Assembly (NCBI GenBank): GCA_963726245.1
Contig: CAVSBT010000038.1
Location: 32,001 to 96,000 of the forward strand
Direction of reading: 5' to 3'
Origin: an uncultured Chloroflexia bacterium
GTDB lineage: Bacteria; Chloroflexota; Dehalococcoidia; DSTF01; JALHUB01
DNA length: 64,000 nucleotides
Under the pieces are notes generated by a model. That model was not told the DNA's origin, searched no databases, and saw nothing but the letters and a program-made list of their open reading frames with translations. A program made the translations under genes and the position numbers. Shown here piece by piece: positions 9,169-17,097 of the stretch (its first letter is position 1; each line of letters opens with the position of its first letter).

Positions 9169-10782
9169 TTGCTCCGCGTAGCCCTTGTCCAGCTCCGCGC
9201 CTTTGACCTCGAGGAGGCGGACGAAGGCCTCCGCCACACCCTGGAGATGGTCGACCGGGCGGCGGCGGAGCGACCCAACCTCATCGTCCTGCCCGAGGTC
9301 ACCTACCCCGCCTACTTCCTGCGCTCGCGGGAGGAGTACCGCCGCGCCGAGCCTCTCGACGCCGGCGCGCTGCTCCGCACCTTCGGGGGCAAGGCCGCAC
9401 AGCACGGCGCCTACCTGGCGGTGGGCGTCGCCTTCCCCTCAGATGAGGGGGAGGTGACCAACTCCGCCCTTCTCTTCGCGCCCGACGGCAGCCTGGCCGG
9501 CCGCTACGACAAGAGCTTCCTCTGGCACTTCGACCGCCGCTGGTTCACGGGCGGCGCCCACTACCCGGTGTTCGAGACGCCGCTGGGGCGGCTGGGCCTC
9601 CTCATCTGCGCCGACGGCCGCCTGCCCGAGATAGCCCGCTGCCTGGCCCTGGGCGGTGCCCAGGTCATCGTCGACCCGACGGCCTGGGTGAGCTGGGGCC
9701 GCGCGCCCAGCGAGCTCTCCAACCCCCAAGCCGAGTACATGATGCCGGCCCGCGCCCTGGAGAACGGCGTCTGGGTGGTGGCGGCGGGCAAGGTGGGTGT
9801 CGAGGCGGGCAGCATCGTCTACTGCGGCCGCTCCTGCGTCATCGACCCGCAGGGGCGGATGCGTGCCTCGGCCGGAACGGAGGAGGAGACCGTCCTCGTC
9901 TTCGACCTGGACCCTGCGGAGGCGACGGGCCCGCCCTTCGCCCGCCGACCTGCCCTCTACTCAGCCCTGACCGCTCCCACCGAGGAGCTGCCGGCGGCCC
10001 GACTCCTGGACGAGCCGCTGTCCGTGGGACCCGGCAGCCGGCGCCTGGCGGTCCTCCAGGCGAGCCTGCCGCCGTCGGGCGGCGCCTTCCTCGAGGACGC
10101 CCGGCGCTGGGTGGAGACGCTGCGCCGCCAGGACGCCGACCTGCTCCTCTTCCCGGCGACGCCGGTCGGACGGCTGGACGCCTATCCGGCGGGGGACCTG
10201 CTGCCGCCGTTGCAGGCGCTGTCGGGCGAGTCCGGGGTCATGCTGGGCGTAACGCTGCTGGAAGAAGCCGGGGGAAGCCGCTACCGGACCTTCTACCTGC
10301 TGGACGGCGGCGAGGTGCTCCTGGCCCACCGGCAGACCCATCATGGCGTCTTGACCGCGTCGGCAGGCCTGACGCTCGGCGGCGAGCCCTGCCCGGTGGC
10401 GCCCACTCGGGTGGGCAACGTCGGCGTCATGCTGTGCGCCGAGGGCGTCGTGCCGGAGGTGGCGCGCTCGCTCATGCTGCGTGGCGCCGAGGTGCTGCTC
10501 TGGGCGGCAGACGCCCCTCCATTCGACATAATGCCCGTGGCGCGCTGCCGCGCCGACGAGAACCGCCTCTACGTGGCCGTCGCCACGCCCCCTACGGCCG
10601 AGGGCGGCGCCTGCGTGGTGGACCCGACAGGGCGGGTGGTGGCATCGGCGCTGGCCGGCGAGGAGATGGCCTGCTCGGCGCAGGTGAACCGGGCGCTCTC
10701 CCGTTGGAAGGACATGGCCCCGGCCACAAACGTCGTGCTGGGCCGCCGGCCCGAGACTTACGGCGCGCTGGTGAGCGAGTAG
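9169..10782 (+). CDS. Carbon-nitrogen hydrolase (nitrilase superfamily) with two tandem domains
   Basis: Domain 1 has the E-K-C triad (LPEV, YDK, ICAD). Domain 2 has LFPA, HRQTH and LCAE. Confidence 0.88.
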   Translation: MLRVALVQLRAFDLEEADEGLRHTLEMVDRAAAERPNLIVLPEVTYPAYFLRSREEYRRAEPLDAGALLRTFGGKAAQHGAYLAVGVAFPSDEGEVTNSALLFAPDGSLAGRYDKSFLWHFDRRWFTGGAHYPVFETPLGRLGLLICADGRLPEIARCLALGGAQVIVDPTAWVSWGRAPSELSNPQAEYMMPARALENGVWVVAAGKVGVEAGSIVYCGRSCVIDPQGRMRASAGTEEETVLVFDLDPAEATGPPFARRPALYSALTAPTEELPAARLLDEPLSVGPGSRRLAVLQASLPPSGGAFLEDARRWVETLRRQDADLLLFPATPVGRLDAYPAGDLLPPLQALSGESGVMLGVTLLEEAGGSRYRTFYLLDGGEVLLAHRQTHHGVLTASAGLTLGGEPCPVAPTRVGNVGVMLCAEGVVPEVARSLMLRGAEVLLWAADAPPFDIMPVARCRADENRLYVAVATPPTAEGGACVVDPTGRVVASALAGEEMACSAQVNRALSRWKDMAPATNVVLGRRPETYGALVSE

Positions 10783-10789
10783 AGCAGGG

Positions 10790-11386
10790 CTAGTTCGCCA
10801 CTCGGGCGCGATACGCGGCTGCCAGGAGAGGAGCAGGCAGCCAGCCGCCGTACGATTCCATGACCTCCAGCACCCCGTTGACCTCGCTGTCGCGCAGCGG
10901 GGCGTGAATCACGAACTCGGCCGTCGACCGTGCCTCAATCTCGGACTCACTCCAGTACGGAAGGACCACGGCGATAGGCACAGCGGGCGCCTGGGCTCGC
11001 AGGCGGCGGGCCAGCACCAGGGCGCCCCCGCCCCGATCAGCCTCGACGATGAGAAGCTCCGATTCAGAGAGGGCGGCTTCGTCGGCTGAGGAGAGATCGT
11101 AACGGAGGCAGACAACGCGGCAGCCGTGGCGGGCGCATGCCCCTTCGATAAGGAGGCGGCTCTCGGGCCGGACCTCCGCCAGCGCAACCAGAGGCGCCGG
11201 TGGAGTCTCGTGGACCCTTCGCGAATCCGGAGGAACAGCTCGTTTCGTGGAGCGCCTGGGGTGACCTCTAACCGGCCTGGGCGGCGGCTCGTGGTGGCCG
11301 CACTTCAGGCATGCCAGCGCTATGTCGGCGTAATCGGCGTAGAGGTCGCCGCCACACTGAGGGCAAACCTTGTCGCCCCACCTCAT
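10790..11386 (-). CDS. Zn-ribbon plus receiver-like domain protein
   Basis: N-terminal CPQC...CLKC, a low-complexity linker, then a (beta/alpha)5 pattern lacking the canonical phospho-Asp and Lys. AAAGGA RBS. Confidence 0.65.
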   Translation of the reverse strand: MRWGDKVCPQCGGDLYADYADIALACLKCGHHEPPPRPVRGHPRRSTKRAVPPDSRRVHETPPAPLVALAEVRPESRLLIEGACARHGCRVVCLRYDLSSADEAALSESELLIVEADRGGGALVLARRLRAQAPAVPIAVVLPYWSESEIEARSTAEFVIHAPLRDSEVNGVLEVMESYGGWLPAPLLAAAYRARVAN

Positions 11387-11553
11387 CTCGGGATTCCTTT
11401 CCTGGATGGCGCGACTGATGGTTTACAGGGCCCAGTACCAGTTTTCAGTGACGGGCTACCGGCCCGGCGGCCACCCGCGCCGTTGCCGAGCCGGAAATCG
11501 CCGTTGACAACTGAAGTCTAGCACCGGCGTCAAGTCGCATACAACCAGTGTGT

Positions 11554-13584
11554 CTACGACTGGCTTAGCTGGCGCTCCACTATCTCTCTGATCTCCTCCA
11601 CTTTAAAGGGTTTGACCAGGCACGGATTGCTTATCCGCTGGAGGAACTGGCGCGTCGCCACGTTCACAGTGTCACCGGTGATGAATACCATGCGTTCCGC
11701 CTGCTCCCGGTCTATCTCCCGCACCCGGCGGTAGAACTCCTGGCCGCTCATCTCCGGCATCTTAATATCGGTGATGATGAGGTCATACTGGCGGTCAAAC
11801 ATGCGTTGGAGCGCCTCGGCGCCGCTGCCGGCGACATCCACCTGGTGCCCGTCCATGTTGAGCACGTCATGGAGGAGCGTCTGGATGCTGCTCTCGTCGT
11901 CAACCACCAGGATGCTGCGGGCGCCGACCTCGAAGCGCGCCTCCTCCTCCTTCTCTTCGACGGCGGGCTGCTGCTCCGGCCCCTGCACGATAGGCAGGTC
12001 GACGATGAAGGTGGCGCCCTTGCCGGCCCGGCTCTCGGCGCGGATGCGGCCCCCGTGGTCCTCGATGATGCCGTAGGCGATGGTGAGGCCCAAGCCGGTG
12101 CCCTCGCCGACCCTCTTGGTGGTGAAGAACGGATCAAACACGCGGCGGAGGTTCTCCGGAGGCAGGCCGGGGCCGTCGTCGGCGAAGGAGAGGCGGATGT
12201 AGCCCCCTGCTGCGCCGGAATGCACGATGAGGCGGCCCTGGCCGTTAGCCTCCAGCATGGCGTGCTCGGCGTTGGTGATGATATTGAAAAAGACCTGCTG
12301 GATCTGGTCGGGGTCGGCCATCGTGCGCGGCAACTGGGGGTCCAGCTCCAGTTCCAGGGTGATGTTCTTCAGGCGCAGGTCGTAGTTGCGCAGCTCCAGT
12401 ACCCTCTCCAGGAGCGTGTTCAGGTTCACCAGCTCCTTCTCGGCCTTGTGGCGTCGGGCGAACGACAGCAGGTTCTGCACGATCTTGGCCGCCCGCTCTG
12501 CCTCGCCCTGTATGGTCTCCAACTCGTGGCGGGAGCGTTCGTCCATCTCTCGCGTGAGGAGGAGCTGCGCGAATCCCATGATGCCGGTCAGCGGGTTGTT
12601 CAGCTCGTGCGCGACGCCGGAGACCAACTGGCCCACGCTGGCCATCTTCTCCGACTGCATCAGGCGCTCCTGGAGAAGCCGCTCTTCCGTCACCTCGCGC
12701 ATGACAACGACGACGCCGCGCTCGAAGCCGCCCAGGGGAAGCGCCTTCACCGAGAGGTGACGGCGCCGGCCGTCCTCCAGGGCGTAGTCTACCTGGCGGC
12801 GCTGTCCGGAGCTCCACACCTCTTCCACCAGCGAGGCGATCGGCGTCTCCTCCAGGGCAATCTCCTGATCCTCGGGACGGCGGCACAGCGCGGCCAGGAG
12901 GAGGCGGGCCGTCTCGTTCACAAGCGTATTGCCGCTATCCCGCACCAGCACGATGCCGTCGTCCAGGCTTGCGATGAGACCCCGCAGGCCGCCCTCGTCC
13001 GACGGGCGGACCTCCTCGACGCGCTCCAGCGCTGTCGACGCCAGGCTGGCCGCCGAGTAGAGGAGCCGCGTCTCGTCTGGAGCGAAGGCGCTGTCGCGCT
13101 CCGCCAGCACGCGGAGAAGCCCGACCGCCCGCCCCGAGACGATGAGAGGGGCGTCGGCGGCAATGCGTGGGGGCGCCGCTACGGGGGCTGCTCGTTCGCT
13201 ACCCCGCAGTTCCTCGAGCTGGAAGGGCGGACGCTGGCAGTCACGGTGGACGCCGCCGGAGAAGCGCAGGAAGGTGTCCATGAGGCCGGACGCCAGCCCG
13301 GAGGCCATCGCCTTCGGCAGAGGGGCAGCCGCATAGACCGTGGTCAGGTCGCGGCCATCGAGGCAGAGGACAGAGACAGCGACATCGAAGTGCAGATGAG
13401 GCTGGAGGGAGGTAAAGACACGGCGCAACACATCCTCAGGCGCCAGGCTGCGGGTCAGGCCTTGGATCAGGTCGTGAAGAGCGTTGACCTGGCTCCCTTG
13501 CTGTCCCGCCTCCCCTTCTGCCGCGGCCATGCCGGTGCCCGCGCCGTCGCCGCGCATCGCGCCCTCGGCCGCCGGTTGAGTCAT
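11554..13584 (-). CDS. Hybrid sensor histidine kinase (GAF-PAS-HisKA-HATPase-REC)
   Basis: H-box AHELNNP, N-box NAEHA, DDGPG, FDPFFTTK and GTGLGL. The C-terminal receiver has VVDDE, ITD and KP. Confidence 0.95.
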   Translation of the reverse strand: MTQPAAEGAMRGDGAGTGMAAAEGEAGQQGSQVNALHDLIQGLTRSLAPEDVLRRVFTSLQPHLHFDVAVSVLCLDGRDLTTVYAAAPLPKAMASGLASGLMDTFLRFSGGVHRDCQRPPFQLEELRGSERAAPVAAPPRIAADAPLIVSGRAVGLLRVLAERDSAFAPDETRLLYSAASLASTALERVEEVRPSDEGGLRGLIASLDDGIVLVRDSGNTLVNETARLLLAALCRRPEDQEIALEETPIASLVEEVWSSGQRRQVDYALEDGRRRHLSVKALPLGGFERGVVVVMREVTEERLLQERLMQSEKMASVGQLVSGVAHELNNPLTGIMGFAQLLLTREMDERSRHELETIQGEAERAAKIVQNLLSFARRHKAEKELVNLNTLLERVLELRNYDLRLKNITLELELDPQLPRTMADPDQIQQVFFNIITNAEHAMLEANGQGRLIVHSGAAGGYIRLSFADDGPGLPPENLRRVFDPFFTTKRVGEGTGLGLTIAYGIIEDHGGRIRAESRAGKGATFIVDLPIVQGPEQQPAVEEKEEEARFEVGARSILVVDDESSIQTLLHDVLNMDGHQVDVAGSGAEALQRMFDRQYDLIITDIKMPEMSGQEFYRRVREIDREQAERMVFITGDTVNVATRQFLQRISNPCLVKPFKVEEIREIVERQLSQS

Positions 13585-13610
13585 GGCAGGGCTCCTCAGC
13601 CACCTACGCA

Positions 13611-13638
13611 ATTATGCACCAACACATTTGTTTGTCAA
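13611..13638 (-). promoter_or_regulatory. Sigma70-type promoter of the hybrid kinase
   Basis: TTGACA-N16-CATAAT on the minus strand. Confidence 0.55.
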
Positions 13639-13877
13639 GGCAGGCGTTTGGGGGACCAAGACATCCTGTGCGCTCGGTGCGGGACGCTCGATCCATTAGA
13701 GTGGAGGCCGTGGTGGCCGTGATGAGGGGGCTATCCCCCCGAAAATGGGGCTTGCAGCGGGCTCATGCTAGGGGGATTCACCGATAGGTCTGTGGAGGTC
13801 AAAAGGCCGATACTGAGCAAGACCACTCAGCCTGTGGCGGGCAAGACCACCCTCGGATTCGGATATCGAGGTGAAAC

Positions 13878-14666
13878 GTGTCCTCCTCCGAGCCTAGGGA
13901 GTCGGTTACCGGTCTGCGTCTCATCGTTCCACTGCCTTCAGAAGAGCGACACCTGGCCCAGGTCGTCCACGACTACATGCCTTTGGTGCGTCACGCCGTA
14001 AACCGTGTTGCGGTAGGCTCTTGCGGCGCCAGCATCCTCCAGTACGAAGACATGGTAAGTTGCGGTATTCAGGGGCTCATCGAAGCCTACCACTCGTTCG
14101 ACCCGAACAAGGGCGCCAAGTTCTCCACCTACGCCCTGCCTCGCATTCGAGGGGCCATCCTCGATGCGCTGCGCGCCGCCCATCCGCTGCCCCGCTCACT
14201 GCAGAAGTTCTCCTCGGATGCGGAGAAAGCCACCTCCGCCCTCCACGCGCGCTTGCGACGCGCCCCGAGCCACGAGGAGATAGCTCAGGAGATGGGTCTG
14301 ACCCAGAAGGACTATCTTACCTCTCTCAGTTCTGCCAGCGTACGCACCGTCTCACTGGAGAACCTGGCCGACACGGCCGTCGATGGCAACACAGAGAAGC
14401 TGTGGGAGATGGCCGATGACGACCCCACCGTGGACCCGGACGCGATGGTGGAGAAGACAGTCGTGAAGAGCAAGCTCCGGGAGGCCATGGAGGCGCTCCC
14501 CGATCGCGAGCGGAAGATCGTTCGCCTGTACTACCTGGAGTCCAAGTCTCTGAAGAGCATCGGCCAGAGTCTGGGCATCTCGGAGTCGAGGGCCTCGCAG
14601 CTCCGGCACCGGGCCATCCGGCGCCTGCGGACGGCCCTGATGAGGGAGCTGGAGGACGCCGCTTGA
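13878..14666 (+). CDS. FliA/WhiG-family (sigma-28) RNA polymerase sigma factor
   Basis: Region 2 EDMVSCGIQGLIEA...FSTYALPRIRGAILDALR and region 4 LYY...SLKSIGQSLGISESRASQLR. Confidence 0.93.
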   Translation: MSSSEPRESVTGLRLIVPLPSEERHLAQVVHDYMPLVRHAVNRVAVGSCGASILQYEDMVSCGIQGLIEAYHSFDPNKGAKFSTYALPRIRGAILDALRAAHPLPRSLQKFSSDAEKATSALHARLRRAPSHEEIAQEMGLTQKDYLTSLSSASVRTVSLENLADTAVDGNTEKLWEMADDDPTVDPDAMVEKTVVKSKLREAMEALPDRERKIVRLYYLESKSLKSIGQSLGISESRASQLRHRAIRRLRTALMRELEDAA

Positions 14667-14676
14667 GGCGTCATCG

Positions 14677-15783
14677 ATGCTGCGCCTGGGGCTAGTAGCG
14701 AGCGGTCCTTCGGGTGAGGCCTACGCCCGCGCCTTGACTCAGCTTCCCGAGGCAGAGCTGGCATGCGTGGCAGCAGTGCCTCCCGGCCGCAGGCTGGCGG
14801 TCCGAGCCAGCGCGCACGCCAGCCCGGCAGCCCTGACCGCCCTTCCATCATTGCAGGCTGTCGTACTGGCCAGCAGCCTGGTGGAGCCTTACCCTCTCAT
14901 CCGGCGCGCTCTCGTCCATGGCAAGCACGTTCTTGCCGCCGGCCCGTTTACGCTTACGGCCGCCCAGGTTCATCGTCTGTCCGCTCTGGCCAGGCGGCGG
15001 GGGAAGCTCCTCATGTTCGCCGAGGAGCGTATGCTGTCGCCCAGCTTCGCTCTGCTGGCGGACATGACGAAGGGCGCCACCCGGGCCAGCCTCCGCTACC
15101 TGCGGCTCCTGGACGTCCGCCCCCGCCATCGCGAGTCCGCCCGGCGTTTGGGCGCCGTCGCCGCCGAGGCGCTGGCTCTCTGCACACGGCTGGTCGAGCG
15201 GGCGCCCCATTCAGTCAGCGCCGTGGCCACCGGCCCAAGCGGAGGACCCGCGGAGGCGGCGTTCATCACCCTGGTCTATCCCGGAGGTCTGCTGGCCAGC
15301 CTGCAACTGAGCTTGAGTGAGGACTGGGAGGCCCGCCAGACGGTGGCCTCCATGGAGGGTCGCACCCTCATGCTGGACGAGCTCGACTACCGGACGCCTC
15401 TGCGCATCGTATCCACCAGCCACCGGACACGGCGAGAGGCCGCCGGCGCGGAGAGCTCAGATGGCGGGGCTTGGGAGACGGGCTCCCTCGCCCTGGCAGC
15501 CCTGCCGGGCGACCCTACGCTGGAGCAGTGCCGGGGCTTCCTGGAGGCCGTCGCCGGTAGGCGGGAAGGGCCGGTGAATGCGGAGTGGTGGGAACGGGTA
15601 GCGCAGTTATGGGAGGCAGCGGAGAGGTCGATGGCCCTGGCCGGCGCCCCGGCTTTGCTTGAGGCCGCGCCTCAGCGGTCTAGGGCTGACGACAGGACAC
15701 CACAGCTTCACGTCATTCGCGGTCGGGGGCAGACGGCGCCCTCGGCTTCGGCGAAGCCCGCGCTGACGCTAGTTACCGTTTGA
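14677..15783 (+). CDS. Degenerate Gfo/Idh/MocA-fold protein
   Basis: N-terminal Rossmann pattern and GKHVL, but EKP is replaced by AGP and GxGxxG is degenerate. Starts 10 bp after the sigma gene. Confidence 0.75.
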   Translation: MLRLGLVASGPSGEAYARALTQLPEAELACVAAVPPGRRLAVRASAHASPAALTALPSLQAVVLASSLVEPYPLIRRALVHGKHVLAAGPFTLTAAQVHRLSALARRRGKLLMFAEERMLSPSFALLADMTKGATRASLRYLRLLDVRPRHRESARRLGAVAAEALALCTRLVERAPHSVSAVATGPSGGPAEAAFITLVYPGGLLASLQLSLSEDWEARQTVASMEGRTLMLDELDYRTPLRIVSTSHRTRREAAGAESSDGGAWETGSLALAALPGDPTLEQCRGFLEAVAGRREGPVNAEWWERVAQLWEAAERSMALAGAPALLEAAPQRSRADDRTPQLHVIRGRGQTAPSASAKPALTLVTV

Positions 15784-16062
15784 GGGCTTGGGGGAGGGGG
15801 CGCCGCCCGAGCGTCCACCGCCGGGCTTATCGAAGAAGCGGAAGTGCGTTGCCGGCGGGGCATCCTTCCCGCCGCTGTTCGGCGGGTCTTCCTCTCTGCG
15901 GGCGCCGGCGTCACGCAGTAAGAGCTCCTCGCGAAGCACCGTGATCTCCTCGGGGGCCGATATACCTAGCTTCACCCGGTCTCTTTCCACTCGCAGGACG
16001 GTGACCACGATGTTGCCCTGGATGATGATGCCCTGATCAACTTTGCGTGTGAGAATCAGCAT
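15769..16062 (-). CDS. csrA: Carbon storage regulator CsrA with a Pro/Gly-rich C-terminal extension
   Basis: MLILTRK...VKLGISAP...VLREEL signature. Confidence 0.93.
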   Translation of the reverse strand: MLILTRKVDQGIIIQGNIVVTVLRVERDRVKLGISAPEEITVLREELLLRDAGARREEDPPNSGGKDAPPATHFRFFDKPGGGRSGGAPSPKPSNGN

Positions 16063-16117
16063 ATTCCCTGCTCGCGGGCTATTCGATGTTAGCTGGCCTA
16101 TACCGGGCCATGGATAA

Positions 16118-16144
16118 TTATCGGCATTGGACAGCCGTAATTAG
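16118..16144 (-). promoter_or_regulatory. Sigma-28-type promoter upstream of csrA
   Basis: CTAA-N15-GCCGATAA on the minus strand, with a perfect -10 match, 55 bp upstream of the csrA start. Confidence 0.7.
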
Positions 16145-16326
16145 AGGGCTAGATGCCTCCTTCGTGTGAGCTCAGGAAAAACGCAGGAAGTTCGCCGCGC
16201 CGCCACGAAAATTCCTCCTTCTTGTTGGCCCGCTCCGCTTGACTCCGGCGCCGGAAATGTGAAGAATATTGCCGGACGCCTGAGGCCGGACAATAGCTGC
16301 GAGAAAGGAGTAACAAGAAAGATATA

Positions 16327-16346
16327 ACCAGTTAAACGTTACTGGT
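16327..16346. promoter_or_regulatory. Palindromic operator candidate
   Basis: ACCAGT-N8-ACTGGT in an AT-rich spacer just upstream of the wHTH regulator. Confidence 0.45.
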
Positions 16347-16392
16347 ATTCTACTTCCTTTGGTGTCATTGTCAAGCCGGGTGGAGGGGGAAA

Positions 16393-16713
16393 ATGGCTCA
16401 TTGGGATTTCCTTACCAATCACGCCCTCGTACTCATCCACGTCATCGACCACCCACGCTCAACCCTACGCGACATCGCTAGCGCCGTCGGCATAACGGAG
16501 AGAGCCACCCTCTCAATCCTTCGCGCCCTGGAAGAGGATGGTATCATCTCGCGCCAGAAGGAGGGACGGCGCAACCGCTACTGGGTGAACATCGGAGCCC
16601 TGCTGCAACACCGCCGGCAAGGCCCCTACAGCGTGGAGGAGATCGCTAACGCCCTTCTGCGGCTCGCTCAGAGGGTCGCCGAAAGCGTAGGTGCTCGGAC
16701 GGGCGAGGACTGA
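16393..16713 (+). CDS. Winged-helix (MarR-like) transcriptional regulator
   Basis: WDFLTNHALVL...TLRDIASAVGITER...GRRNRY. Confidence 0.88.
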   Translation: MAHWDFLTNHALVLIHVIDHPRSTLRDIASAVGITERATLSILRALEEDGIISRQKEGRRNRYWVNIGALLQHRRQGPYSVEEIANALLRLAQRVAESVGARTGED

Positions 16714-16728
16714 AAGGTCTGTTGGGGC

Positions 16729-17097
16729 TCAGGCGCTCTTGGCGCTGCCGAGGATGCTTTCCACTGTCGCTCGCAATGCGGCGGGACTGAACGGCTTCTG
16801 AACGATGCCGTCGGCTCCGACGCGCCGGGCATCCGACTCCTGCGCCAGCGCCGTCAGAAGAAGGATGGGCATGCTGGCCATCGACGCCTCTGCCTTCAGC
16901 CTCTGGCAAACGGCGAAGCCGTTCAAACGTGGCATCGCCACGTCCAACAGCACCAGATCAGGCTGATGCTGGCGGGCCATCTCTATGGCCTCGGGCCCAT
17001 CGGCTGCCTCCAGGGTGCGTATGCCCGGGCCATCCAGGATGGCATTCACCAGGGTCCGGATGGCGGGCTCGTCATCTGCGACCAGGACCGTTTTCAT
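16729..17097 (-). CDS. Single-domain response regulator (CheY-like)
   Basis: VADDE, LLDVAMP, LTA and KPFS. ATGA overlap with the upstream kinase. Confidence 0.92.
   Translation of the reverse strand: MKTVLVADDEPAIRTLVNAILDGPGIRTLEAADGPEAIEMARQHQPDLVLLDVAMPRLNGFAVCQRLKAEASMASMPILLLTALAQESDARRVGADGIVQKPFSPAALRATVESILGSAKSA

Noticed and set aside
13620-13635. LexA/SOS box overlapping the kinase promoter (ACAC-ATTT-GTTT)
   Set aside because: Too many mismatches to GAAC-N4-GTTC, and the context is not SOS-related.
11806-13722. Long antisense ORFs (e.g. 11806..13722, 23691..25376, 39206..41161, 30514..31758, 50762..51988)
   Set aside because: Shadow ORFs on the opposite strand of well-supported genes, expected from high-GC codon bias. 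They carry no motifs.
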